A stretch of 63,813 nucleotides of DNA, the filler included, from Octopus bimaculoides (Eukaryota), in the NCBI RefSeq assembly GCF_001194135.2. It is 5 parts of 4 records of this genome, joined end to end, with 100 filler letters (N's around TTAATTAATTAA, not from the genome) between each part and the next. Parts side by side here need not be neighbours in the genome. Positions count along the whole stretch, not along the records: positions 7,868 to 27,274 come from NC_068985.1; positions 27,375 to 51,674 come from NC_068983.1; 3 more parts are not named here. One strand, written 5' to 3'. Positions within the stretch are counted from its first letter, which is position 1, and each line of letters opens with the position of its first letter. A program made the position numbers and the translations under genes. The notes beneath the pieces are model-generated. The model was not told the DNA's origin, made no database searches, and was given only the letters and a program-made list of their open reading frames with translations. Below are positions 26,251 to 39,059 of the stretch, in pieces.

Positions 26251-26872
26251 TAAATGCACGATAAAAAAAAAATAATAAATAAAAAAAGTAAATAGATAAA
26301 ATTATGGCTGTATGCTTACCTCGCAATATATACAAACTGCACAATTACAAAAACTGTAAACCACAGCAAAACTTATAAAAAGAAAAGGAAGAAAAAACAA
26401 AAAAATCAGAAGTTAAAAAATTCAACAATGAGAACATCAGTATATATATATTATGATTATTATTATTATTTCTATCAGTAATTAAAAATAGAACAAGGTG
26501 AATTGCTTTTTTCAAGGCCAAGGTCAGCGCAATCATTCATCGCTAGTAGTAGAAAACACATTTGACCTCTGCTGACCCAAAGAGTGTGAGGCCTCTTCTG
26601 TATCCTTATCGCACAAGAATGTCCATTGCTGACCTCCTCACCATCTGCTTTACAGACCTCACATCTATTTACAGACCTATAGAATTTGGTCTGTTCACCA
26701 AGCTGCTACTCTTCTTCCCTTCAACACTCACATATTTATGATTATCTCAACTACAAGACAAAAGTTGAAACTAAACAACATTTAATTATACGTTTTAATT
26801 ATAAATGAAAATATCATTATTAATAATAATAATAATAACAATAATAATAATAATAATAGTAATAATAATAAT

Positions 26873-27274
26873 GATGTTGAAGAATGACAATGAATCTCTG
26901 AATGCTGGAGATGTAAGAATTTCATGTGGCATTTTCCAGGGTGACTCACTATCACCACTCCTCTTCTGTCTAGCCCTAATACCGCTCTCAAAATTGCTCA
27001 ATGATGCACAGTATGGTTATAAAATATTTGATAAAAATATAAATCATCTCATTTACATGGATGATTTAAAGCTCTTTGCAAAAAATGACCAACAACTCAA
27101 AGGCCTACTAGCGATTGTTAAACAATTCAGTGATGACATCAGGATGCAATTTGGCCTTGATAAATGTGCAAAAGCTACCTTTATCAAATGAAAAATGACA
27201 AATACATCTAATGTGAACCTTGACCAGCAAAATGTCATAAAAGAGTTAGAACCAGCGGAGAGTTACAAATACCT
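26873..27274 (+). mobile_element. Third R4/Dong-type copy: well-preserved RT fragment starting right after a (TAA)n array
   Basis: GIFQGDSLSPLLFCLALIPLS...HLIYMDDLKLFA...FGLDKCA...ESYKYL, cut by the join at 27275; TAA array at ~26815-26872. Confidence 0.92.
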
Positions 27275-27374
27275 NNNNNNNNNNNNNNNNNNNNNNNNNN
27301 NNNNNNNNNNNNNNNNNNTTAATTAATTAANNNNNNNNNNNNNNNNNNNNNNNNNNNNNNNNNNNNNNNNNNNN
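27275..27374. other. Artificial scaffold-join spacer N44-TTAATTAATTAA-N44
   Basis: Same 100-bp structure as 7768. Confidence 0.95.
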
Positions 27375-28794
27375 ACGTGCATACTCACATACATACATAT
27401 ATACATACATGTGTATAGGCATGCACACATGCATACGCATGTACACAGATGCATACGCGCACACATGTACACGCACATACATACATACATACATACACAT
27501 GTACATATATATCATGAACTAACTATTACTTTCTCAGATCCAGCACAGAATTTTGTCAGTGAACAGGCCGCGGATCTTTTTTAAAACGGGGGCCACATTT
27601 TTCATAATGTTTTACGTAGTGTTTTTGGTACCGAAAGACTTTCAAACTTCGTATACCTATCTATTTTGTGTTATAGAACAGAAAAATATTTTAAATTTGC
27701 TTTTTTCATTTTCTNNNNNNNNNNNNNNNNNNNNNNNNNNNNNNNNNNNNNNNNNNNNNNNNNNNNNNNNNNNNNNNNNNNNNNNNNNNNNNNNNNNNNN
27801 NNNNNNNATATATACATACACATATGTGTGTGTGTATAGATGTAAGAAGAAAAGAGGGATTTAAAAATCCAAGCAGATATCAGTAAAGCAGTTTTAAATT
27901 AATGTGGTTAACTATATCCAACAATTGGACACCAATAAATGCAAGTAGAATACACGTACAATTTAATTCCTCATGGAAGACAAATAGATCCAAATATCAT
28001 TTAGAAGAGTTTCCAGAAATTCAGAGTATTAGACAACAAAAATATGTATAGAGAAAACCACATCTTTGATTGCAGAATTCACCTTACAAAGCTGACAATT
28101 GTTTCTGTTAATACAACAGAAACAATTGTCAGGTTTGTAAGGTGAATTTTACAATTAAAGATGTGATTTTCTTTAAACTTACTTTTGTTATATATATATA
28201 TATATATATATAACAAGTTCCAACACAACACTGTTCATGAATTACTTCATCCATGGTTAACAGCAAATACAACCTGCGAGAACTTCCTGCACCAAGTGAC
28301 CAGTAGCAGCATCGTAGCCACAACTTCTTGTATGACATGTACCTCAACTGGCTCTGCATTACAGCCACAACTTGATACAGCATTTCAACTATTGTGTACA
28401 TTGACTACGAACTGGTATTTATCATCCTTGTGTCTGAACATTCTTCTAACTTCACATTATAGACTCTTTCAATGCTCTGTACTTAACGCACACGCATACA
28501 TCCATACCTATGCACACACACACTGTTCTCATGATGACCTGTCTATTATTATGTATACATGATGCACCACAGACACACATGTTAACCTATCAATAAAATC
28601 TTCTCTTAAACATTCTACCCGGTTGTGTCTCTCTTTTCCTTCTGACACTTATACGCATTTATTCTCTTCATATTTAGTGTATTGACCGTGTGATGTACAA
28701 AGGAGCCATTCTCATCACCTCACTTCGCACGGTCATTTACAGGTTTTCACAGTCTGAAGAAATGCTATAAAGCTAAGTGCTTTATAAACATGAA

Positions 28795-29551
28795 ACCCAT
28801 AGCAGTGTTTCTGCCACTTTTGGAATCCAATCTGAAAGTTGTTTTCCATAATCAAATCAAGGACCTTCTGCAATTTACTCTGGATCTCAACAACAGTATT
28901 AAAATGGTGACCTTTGAGCTGCATTCTCCTCTAGAGGAAGAGATGGAAATCTGCAGGTGCTAAATCTGGCAAATAGGGTAGATTTGGAAGTGATACCATA
29001 TTTTCTTTGGTGAGAAACTCACAAGTTAGGAGAGCTTGGTGACAGTGTGCATTGTTGTCATGAAGAATCCTGTTCTTTGTGCTCCACATGGTCACTTTTG
29101 CTGAATGTTCTCCCTCAAACACTTCAAAACGTCTTGATTGATGGTGTGGTCCTGGGGGTTGAATTCTCAATGCACAATATCACATGGCAAGTTTTCCAGA
29201 TCACTCATTGTCTTCCTGGGATGTTCTTCAACTTTTGAAGCACCTGTACCACTCAAAAAATTGCATATTACCCATTACCTTTGTCACCAAAAGCTCTGTA
29301 GCAGACCTGTCGAGTTTAACACAAAATTTCACATTGGATCTTTGTTTCTGTCCATGACAAAATTGCAGACTACAGCATATATATGATCACAAAAACACAA
29401 ATTTTACAACTTGCAAAGTAAACACAGTGATGTCACTCAGCACTCTGCCTCATGAAGTTCACTGCTAGCTCTCACTGCACATGCAACCATGTGCTGCCAT
29501 CTGTTGGTGGGCTACAGAACTAGTCCAGGAACTTTTTGATGCCACCTCATA
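28795..29551 (-). mobile_element. Internally deleted, CpG-decayed mariner
   Basis: TIR TATGAGGTGGCATCAAAAAGTTCCTGGACTAG at 29520-29551; N-terminal VKFCVKL, EWYRCFK; C-terminal ILHDNNAHCH, PYLPDLAPADFHLF, LKGHHFNTVVEIQ, FQKWQKH. Confidence 0.88.
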
Positions 29552-30022
29552 CCTTATGTGTGCTTTTTTTAAAAAAGTTGATATGATGTAACTTACAAGA
29601 GATTTGGCTGTTAATTTTTATTTTCTTTTTGAACTGGTACACATAGTTTGAAAGAGATTAAAATGCTATTTCTTTTTAGAGATAGTTGAAAGAGATATGA
29701 CTGTTATTTCTTGCAGGCTGAGTAACTACAAAACCACCCCTATTGTCTAACAATATGGTATCAGTTTTTGATTTGATATTCCATTGTAAATGAAGGGTGC
29801 TGGTCTATAGATATCAGTGTAAACTCTTCTAATAAGCTGGATCAGTAAGATTCACAGGGGTTAAAAATTGAGTAGAATTACTGAATGATTTTAAGTTTTG
29901 GACTATCAAATTTAGCTAAAACCTACTCTATGCTTTCTTTGTATTTCTAGAGAGGATATATATACTGTTTTTAGAAAAACATAAATCTGGAGAAGAAGTA
30001 CACTCTAAGAAGTAGAGCAGTC

Positions 30023-30238
30023 TATATTTTTTCCTGTTGAAGGCCAGTTTATGGGGTTACCTTGTGGTTCCTGTCCATAAAGGGTTTAACTTTATGGTGT
30101 ATCATCTGACCCCAAAACCTGTTGGCCTATGACCAGCCAACAGCTCTTGGAGCCTGCTGATATGCCATAAAGTTAAACCTTTTATGGATAGGAAACCCAG
30201 GGTAACCCCCAAAACTGGCCTTCACCAGGAAAATATAT
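30023..30238. mobile_element. Palindromic fold-back/MITE, ~215 bp hairpin
   Basis: Left arm ttcctgttgaaggccagtttatggggttacc...ataaagggtttaactttatgg pairs with right arm ccataaagttaaacctttt...ggtaacccccaaaactggccttcaccaggaa; inner stem ctgttggc/gccaacag; TA-rich flanks. Confidence 0.85.
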
Positions 30239-30269
30239 ATATGTATGTATTTTTGGACTAATGGGTATA

Positions 30270-30492
30270 CAGTAATCCCTCGACTATTGTGGGTGTTACA
30301 TTCCAAACCCCCCGTGATAGGTGAAAATCTGCAAAGTAGAAACAGTACTGTACTGTATACTTTTCTAAAATTATTTTTATAATTTGTATATATTTATTTT
30401 ATCATAAATGCAAAACAATACCACGGAGGAATTGACGTAAGCTTAAATAATAAACTGTGATAGGTGAATCGCAATATGGTGAGGGATTACTG
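30270..30492. mobile_element. Tigger/pogo-like MITE
   Basis: TA|CAGTAATCCCTCG ... GTGAGGGATTACTG|TA: TIRs with TA target duplication, 223 bp. Confidence 0.88.
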
Positions 30493-31008
30493 TATGTCAA
30501 TTAGTGTGTTGAGTAACATATTCACAGGTTGAGCTACCTGGTGTCATCCACGGTTGGGGTATATTTCAACTGGATCTGCACAGAATAATTGTTTGGCTAG
30601 AGGTGGCGCTGCCAAATTCCCATTCAAAATATATAGTTTTCAAAGTGACAACTAATCACTGATCTATAAATTAGAGAATTACTATTGTTAAATCTCACAA
30701 CGAGATTTGTTATATATATGTATATAACAAATGGGAGAAACAGAAAAGGGAATTCACAAGATTCTTTATTAATCACAACACTTGTTTTGACCAAACTTAC
30801 ACTGATCCCACATGGGGGAGATACTGTGCAAATGCTTATGGTGCATTCTTCAGTGTTGATGTGTCTTATCAGGTGACTTTTCAAAAGGTACCTTGCTCAA
30901 CAAACTCAGTTTTGCTTGGTTTGATTATGCAGCATGTTGTTGCTTGCCCATATGTGGTTTCCTGTAGGCTTTGTGGTTTTGAATTAGGTATGTATATACA
31001 TAGATGTA

Positions 31009-31891
31009 TATGAGGTCTAATCAATAAGTATCCAGACTGTTGCCATAGTAATGAAGCTAAAGCATGCAAAGTGAAGCCGCTTGGCAAAGATTGACCTTGA
31101 ACTCTGCTGTGCATGTGCACTAAATTTTAACATTTTAGCTCACTTTCACTGTTTACAGCAGTACTTGGAAGGAAGGTGTGTAACATGATCATCATGTTGA
31201 CCATGACAGAGAAAATGTATGGAGAGGCCTATGCAAAATGGCAGAAAGTGTATGGAGAGGAGTGTATGAGCTGCACCAAAGTGTATGAGGGGTTCAGGTT
31301 TCCAAGATGACTGAGAAAATGGTGATATTGATGAACGTTCTGGGAGACCCACAACCACCAGCAGAACTGAAAAAATATTGCAGATGTGTGTGCATCTGTG
31401 AGGGGAAATCATTGAATCACCATCTGTGAGTTATCAGAGGATGTGCAGATTAGTCACGATTCAGTTCAGTCCATTATCCGTGAAGATTTGCGTACGAAAT
31501 GCTTGTCAGCCGAGTTTGTGCCGAAACCACTTTCAGCTGATCAAAAAGATACTCCAGTTTCAGTTGCACAAGATCTCCTTGATTGTGTCGAGAATGATGA
31601 AAGCTTTTTGAAAACTTTGCATAGGCCTCTGAGCAGGTATTGCCAAGCTTTTGGCAAAATTTGATGCAGATTCTCTGCTCAACTTTCTCTGTTATGGTTA
31701 ATGTGGTGATCACATGCTACACACCTTCCCCTCAAGTACTACTGTAAACAGCGGCAGTGAGCTAGAGTGTTGAAACTTAGTGTGCACGTACAACAGAGTT
31801 CTAGGTTAATCTGTGCCAAGCAGCTTCACTCTGCATGATTTAGCTTCATTACTATGGCAACAGTCCGGATACTTATTGATCAGACAGCATA
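31009..31891. mobile_element. Mariner-derived fold-back with two convergent 5' ends (~200-bp inverted arms)
   Basis: Both ends read TATG..GTC..ATCAATAAGTATCC.GACTGTTGCCATAGTAATGAAGCTAAA... inward. Right arm encodes MITTLTITEKVEQRICIKFCQKLG; left arm encodes HTH remnants, SGRPTT, LSAEFVPKPL. Confidence 0.88.
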
Positions 31892-31994
31892 TATGTGTAT
31901 ATATATATATAAATGTATATATATACATACATATGTATGTAAACGTATATATTTATGTATGTATATATGTATATATGCATATACATATACATAT

Positions 31995-32056
<62 letters not shown>

Positions 32057-32079
32057 GCATGTGTGCATATATATATATT

Positions 32080-32715
32080 TATGATGGACTCTCCCGTCGG
32101 TTTTGACATATGAGGATCTGACAACCTACTTTTCTTTGTCAGTCACAATGCTTATGTCAAATGTGACATTTAAGTCCCGCCAACGATTTTCAAAGAAGCC
32201 CACAGATCCTACAAGTATGAGGATTCCAGGTCAGTGCAGGTGGTATATTTGCAGCCACTTTTATCTTTTGCCTTACACTCTGATGCCTGTTAATGCTGGT
32301 TGCAACAAAGTTTCTTATATCATTTTGACACAATGATCTCCATTTTGTTTGCACCAAAGCTGTTCATTCAAAGGTGTTGTAAGCTATCTTCAGCTGAGAG
32401 GTTACTCTTCAGCTTGTCCTTATATCTGAGCCATGGTCGACCAACATTTCTGTGCCCACTATCAAGCTGGCTGCACATGAGGACATTGGGTGTTCTTTTG
32501 TAACTTATTCTGATGACATAGCCAGCCCAGCACAATTGGGATTGCATGAGGAAGCTCTTGATTCCACTAATCTTACATTTACACTAAATAAGTTCGCATT
32601 AGAAACTCTGTCTTTTGGTGAATAACTGCAGATAGCCTTTCTGGAAGATATCTAGTTGGTTAATGTGTCGTCTATAGGGTATCGCTGATTCTGAGCCATA
32701 CAAGAGAGTAATAAG
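32080..32715 (-). mobile_element. RTE-clade (BovB-like) LINE 3' fragment
   Basis: TLLYGSES..YRRHINQL, SQLCWAGYV, GHRNVGRPWLRYKDKLK on the minus strand; 3' tail ending gacgggagagtccatcat. Confidence 0.88.
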
Positions 32716-33738
32716 AATATATATATATATATATATATATATGTATACACACACACACATATATAGGTGTGTGTGTGTATGTACTAACAATTAATATGAA
32801 CAGTCAGGTGCAATGTGATACCATAAAAGAAAAATTCAGTCATCACCAAGTGTGACTAAAGGAAATAAGCTGGAAATAAGAGTCAAAATGCACTTAATGC
32901 TGTAAGAAGAGGGCAAATATATACATGTTCTGACAGGGGAGGTAATCACTAAATGACCATCACAGATATATTATATATATATATATATATATGCATATAA
33001 AATACACACACACATACATGCACACACAGACTTATTTATTGGAATACAATCAGTGAATCATCTGTTGTGATTCAGAGTTACACGCATATATATGAATTGT
33101 ATGTATGTGTATTTGTGTATACCAGTGAAAACTGGTGTGTTGAGTTACATTGTTGTGTGCCAAGTGGTAACTTAACTGGTTGATAGATATTAATAAAATA
33201 CTGGACTGAAAATATGAATTAGGATCAATATGGTTCACTACAAAGAGGGGAAAAAACCGAAATCCTTGAAAGTGGTGTCCCAGGGTGAATGTAGTAGTTT
33301 AATGAATGAAACCAGTAAAAGAACACAGCAGAAGCAATCACTGTTGAAGCCATTTTTGTTTGCCAGCAGCTGAGATTAGTGGATCTTGATTTCTGTTTGT
33401 TAAAAATGTAATCTTGAAAAGCAATGTTGAATTGAAAAAGAAAACTGTAAAATGCTGTATTTAAAAACAAGCATAATCAACTGTAACAATATATACTCAT
33501 AAGGTTTAAAAGAAAGAAAAAAATGTGTGTGAAATTGATGAGAAACAACGACAGCAACAACAATCACAACAGCAAAACAAGTGCAAGAGAAACTCATTTC
33601 AGAGCTGAAATTAATTTTCTTGTCTGACAGAATCTATAAGACAAAGGAAGAAGCAAAACTGGAATGTTGAAAAATCAAGTTTCTGGGGATATAACGTATT
33701 TTTTTAAACAATGAGCATTAGTAAAATTTGGTTATGTA

Positions 33739-33907
33739 GGTACAGGCATGGCTGTGTGGTAAGAAGTTTACTTCCAAACCACATGGTTCCAGGTTCAATC
33801 CCACTGCATGGCACCTTGGGCAAATGTCTTCCACTATTGCCTCAGGCTGACCAAAGCATTGTGAGTGGATGTGGGAGGTAGAAACTGAAAGAAGTCTGTT
33901 GTATATG
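33739..33907 (+). mobile_element. SINE family A head (tRNA-derived), CpG-decayed
   Basis: Box-A-like TGGCTGTGTGGT, box-B-like GGTTCAATCCC, body gcctcaggctgaccaaagc. Confidence 0.85.
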
Positions 33908-33923
33908 AGTGTGTGTATATATA

Positions 33924-34728
33924 CACAAACATGCAGGAAGTAAATAGATACCTTTAATTTTTAAAATTTCTGATCTAAGGATCTTAATATGTTTTCAGCG
34001 GTGTAGAATTTACAATGTAATTATTCTTTTTCATTCCAGGTGCCATTATATTAAACATTTGCAAAGAGTAACCATGCCATGCACAAAAAATTCAGCAGAA
34101 CTGTCAGATTTTCAAAGAGGTCATATTGTTGGGCAATCTGAGGCTGGTCTTAGCCAGCGAAAAATTGCCAAAAATCTTCAAATTCCTCTTGCTACTGTTA
34201 ATAGAATTATAGTGCAATTCAAAAGCCAAGGAAAAGAATCAACAGATTCTCGTCCCAGCCAACCTGGGCCCTCAGAAAGGAAGCTTCACTGTTTGAAGAG
34301 AATTGTGGAAAACGAAGCCCGTTCAAAGGCTTCCTTCTACCAATTAATATCATGAAAAGAAAGAAATGGGCTAAGGAGATGTCAGAAAAATCCAGTTCAT
34401 TTTGGGATAGAGTGATTTTCTCAGATGAGTCCAGATTTGCATTATTTTCAGACAGTGGACGTGTTTGGGTCTGGAGGCTTCCCAATCAAGAATTTGATTT
34501 CAAATGACTCCAACTAATTGTATTGGTATGGGGAGCTGTCACCAGCAATGGTCGTTCTGAGCTGATCGAATGTGTTGGAACCATAAACTCTGAAAAATAC
34601 ATTGAAATACTTAAGCAAGGACTACCAATGTATTCATATGATAACATAATGAAAAATGAGTTTTTATTCATGGAAGATGGGGCTCCATACCACACAGCGA
34701 AAAGGAATCAACAATGGCTGCAGGTGGT
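33924..34728 (+). mobile_element. Tc1-family transposase fragment, internally deleted and 3'-truncated
   Basis: ATG at 34074: [12 protein letters not shown]...LSQRKIA; VIFSDESRF; VWGAVTSNG; INSEKYIEIL; FMEDGAPYHTAK. Confidence 0.9.
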
Positions 34729-35052
34729 GTTTCAGGTGGAATGGAGTTATCCCCCTTACATCGGTTCCAGTCGTGAACCCTGTCCCACCTGAAATACTGC
34801 CAGCAGAGTCATTCCAGATGTATATTTTTGGTTTACAAAACTAACTGACCATGATGTTTTCATTCGTCCAGATATAGAGAGGTTATGTACCTCCAGCAAT
34901 TTGAGTCTGACAAATTGCCTATACAACTAAGGGCTTTATAGGTGTGAAACCAATGGTCACTCTGACTGGCCTTAACAACCTTCTAAATATAGTACTGCTC
35001 TAATGTTTTAGAGTGTGCTTCTTTTTCGGATATATGAACTACTATATATAAT

Positions 35053-35280
35053 TGTGTGTGTGTGTGTTTGTGTCTGTATTTGGGCCTCACTACTCTTTGA
35101 CAACCAGAGTTGGTGTGTTTATGCCCCTGTAACTTAGTAGTTCAGCAAAAGAGGCAGATAAAATAAGTGCCAGGCTTAAAAAAAAAAAGTACTGACATTG
35201 GTTTGTTTGACTAAAATACTTCAAGGTAATGCCCCATCATGGCCACACTCTAATGACTGAATCAAGTAAAAGATAAAAGA
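35053..35280 (+). mobile_element. SINE family A 3' half
   Basis: ttgacaacc..gttggtgtgttta...gtaacttag...aatgactgaatcaagtaaaaga matches 40140-40330. Confidence 0.8.
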
Positions 35281-36489
35281 TTAAAAACCATACGTTTACC
35301 TTTCTTCTTTTTTTGTTATTTAAAAAAACCTTATTGTATTATTATTTTGTTATAGCTTATTCAGAAGAGAAAAGGCAATGCCATGATTTTGTTGCAGTTC
35401 CTCTGAAACTTGTAGCAGAAAGAAGAAGAAGGAGAAACTGGAGGTATCTTATGAAGGTACCTGAGGCCAGATGGTGATTCTAAAACCAAGTGAAGGCTTA
35501 TGCTTTACCACTAAACTGATTTCAGCTACAACTTCAGGCCAACATTTCCTTGAAATATGAAATCCAAGGACACTCTATCAGAGGTTATATAACTTTTAAG
35601 TAAAGTAAAGGACAGTTGCTATTAGCCCATGATCTCCTCCTCCTCCTCCTCCTCCTCACCTCACCTCACCTCACCTCCTCCTCATCATCACCTCACCTCC
35701 TCCTCCTCATCACCTCACCTCCTCCTCCTCATCACNNNNNNNNNNNNNNNNNNNNNNNNNNNNNNNNNNNNNNNNNNNNNNNNNNNNNNNNNNNNNNNNN
35801 NNNNNNNNNNNNNNNNNNNNNNNNNNNNNNNNNNNNNNNNNNNNNNNNNNNNNNNNNNNNNNNNNNNNNNNNNNNNNNNNNNNNNNNNNNNNNNNNNNNN
35901 NNNNNNNNNNNNNNNNNNNNNNNNNNNNNNNNNNNNNNNNNNNNNNNNNNNNNNNNNNNNNNNNNNNNNNNNNNNNNNNNNNNNNNNNNNNNNNNNNNNN
36001 NNNNNNNNNNNNNNNNNNNNNNNNNNNNNNNNNNNNNNNNNNNNNNNNNNNNNNNNNNNNNNNNNNNNNNNNNNNNNNNNNNNNNNNNNNNNNNNNNNNN
36101 NNNNNNNNNNNNNNNNNNNNNNNNNNNNNNNNNNNNNNNNNNNNNNNNNNNNNNNNNNNNNNNNNNNNNNNNNNNNNNNNNNNNNNNNNNNNNNNNNNNN
36201 NNNNNNNNNNNNNNNNNNNNNNNNNNNNNNNNNCCTCTCTTCCTCCCCTCCCCTCCCCTCTACTACAGTGATGATGATGATGATGATGCTTGCATGGTCA
36301 GAAGGAATTTGTTGAGGTGGTTATTCTATAGTTAAATGCTCTTTGTGTTGCCTGCCTTCATCTTTTTCCAAGTAAAGTGTTATTTATGGAAGACTGCAAA
36401 TGATCGACACCACTTGTAAAATGATGATGTTTGCTTTCAGCTAATATGCAGTGTCAAGACAAGGAAACAAATGCGTGCACACACACACG

Positions 36490-36546
<57 letters not shown>

Positions 36547-36558
36547 TTCACATATATA

Positions 36559-36594
<36 letters not shown>

Positions 36595-37197
36595 CTCAAT
36601 AGTATGGAACCAGTGTACTCTGATGGATTTTAAAGGTGTAATGTAATCCAAGTGTAAAGGTGATCCACAAATAAGTACTCCAAATCATCATCTCTCTCTC
36701 TCTCTCTCTCTTCCTCCTTTCTGCTCTCCCTTCTTCTCCCCCCTCCCTCCCTCTCATATTATTCTTAGATCCAAGTATTTCAACATGCTGCTTCATTCCA
36801 GATCTGAAATTTTTAGCAGGTGTAAACATATGAACAAGTTTATTTTGTCAAATTGTAGACTCAGTTGCTGCAGACTTTGACATATTTTCTATTATTTTGT
36901 TCTATACCAGTTGTATTAATTAAGGTTTCTGCAATCAAGGAGGATAAGGACCTTAGTTTTCTTGCTTTTGTTCTTATCTTCTCGTTTCATTTTTTGCATT
37001 AGCCTTCTTCACATTTTTTTCACATTTTTTTCTTATTTTCTCACTGTCCATTTCCTTGTCTTTAAAATATATATAACGCATGAACAGAGCCTGAAAGATT
37101 GCTTGGAGATATAACATGTATTTTATAAATATGCCTAGTTAATGTATCATAAAAGCATGAAATTGTTAGTAGCTTTTTTTGATTATGTATTAAATTG

Positions 37198-37233
<36 letters not shown>

Positions 37234-37297
37234 ACACAAACACACATATACGTATATGTGTGTGTGTGTGTGTGTATAAATATAATTGGATAACTGG

Positions 37298-37400
37298 ATT
37301 CTTTCAATTTCTGTTTGCCAAATCCACTCTCCAGACTTTGGTTGGCTTGGAGCTGTAGTAAAAGACACTTGCCCAATATGCCATGCAGTAGGACTGAACA
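37298..37400 (-). mobile_element. SINE family A head fragment
   Basis: caaatccact...gacacttgcccaa...ggactgaac is the reverse complement of the family A body. Confidence 0.75.
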
Positions 37401-38075
37401 ATAAGTGAAATCTAATTCTTTTTCAAAAACCTACAAACTTTATGCTAAGTAGTATTTTTTATAACTTTGAAATGATATGTAAATCAAAACTTACTGAGGT
37501 GAGAGAAAGTATCAATTCTATTAAACTAATGCTTTCTATTATGTACTCTTGTACTCAGGGAAGAGTCAACTAAACACATTGTCAGTAGTTCTCTGCAATC
37601 ATTCATAAAATGAAGCCATAAACATCATTGGCTTCAGACAGTTATTCTGCTTTTGTTGTCATATCTATTTTAAAGTTACTTTTACTGCATTTAGTCAGGA
37701 GAGTAAAGTGTCATATAATAGAGAATGATCTACTAATGTCTGTTATTCAAATTACCATTTCCATTATATGCTAATGTTGCTGTTTGTGAACTGTAACCAT
37801 GTTTTGTCTCAGGAGAATCTACAGAAGAAGTATAGTATTATTGAAATACATATATTCTATTCCTATTTACAATGGAAGCTATTTGAAATTCTCTCTCTCT
37901 CTCTTTTTCTTTTGCTAAATATACTCTTGGTTCAAGACACTTATTTTGGAGAGCAGTATTGTGGGTGAGAACATGCAACCATGTGGTTGTGAAATGAACT
38001 AATGAACTTCATAACTGTGCAGCTATGCTGACATCCAAAACCACCACCACCACCACCACCACTACCACCACTACC

Positions 38076-38106
<31 letters not shown>

Positions 38107-38442
38107 GCAGCAGCAGCAGCTTAATGAGTCAATGTTGGGTCTTTTTTAACATGGTCACTCAATGTGTGAACAATAGCAATCAAATATTCCTCAAATCATA
38201 TTTCACTGCCATGTAAAAGGTACATGTTGTTCAACTTATCCTCCATATAGAAAGAGGATGGATTTCTCATAAGCAAAATACCTTAGATTATAGGTCTTCT
38301 TGATTAGGGCAGTATTGGTTGAGGGTGCATCAGAATGTGTTGAGGTAAACAAATGCAATAGGCATGTGGATGCCTTCGAAGTAAACAAATGAATGACATC
38401 GATTTATAGTTTAAATAATTTATTTACTGGACTTGCATTTGC

Positions 38443-38550
38443 TGTTGGTATACACGATTCTTCACTACATGTATTTGTCGTCAACTGCTACGAATTGAGA
38501 GGAATAAAAACAGGGTACATCTGTGTTGTGATGTCGTAGAACTGAATATG

Positions 38551-38606
<56 letters not shown>

Positions 38607-39059
38607 CGTTCATCTGAGAAAGTAGTCGGCGATCTCATGAGTTGTCTCTTTGTCCTGAGCCTTTCTCCGTCCAGAGTCTTTCTTGTGGCCGAAAGCCTCT
38701 CTTTGCATGTCAAGCGAAGGTCGAAATGAGGTGCTGCTCTTGGTTAAGGCTGATGCAAAAGCCAGTGTTGCTGGTGTTGCTCGTTGGTCATAGCTGACAC
38801 ATTAGAGCTAGAGATAGAAAATTCTCTTGGTTATATAAGCTATGGTCAGTAATGTAGGTCAAACTTTAAACAAAGGGACTGACCTTTCCTTGACCAATAC
38901 AGGTCTTAGTGGTGGAGTGTTTCCCCATCAATCAACTAGTGTGGAGGATTTCCTACTCGTTTTGACAAGCAACAAGCTGGTGGATTTAGTTTCAAATCTC
39001 AGGCAGGGTCAAGCTTGACCCTTACAGGGCTGACCAAGGGCTAAACAACAGTTACAACA
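38443..39059 (-). mobile_element. Candidate solo LTR
   Basis: Ends TGTTG...CAACA, TATATAA on the minus strand ~38830, many intact CpGs unlike the surroundings; no matching target-site duplication found. Confidence 0.3.

Noticed and set aside
28185-28562. 125-aa ORF / possible solo LTR
   Set aside because: Starts in a TA repeat, has no recognisable domain, and no defined LTR ends or TSD.
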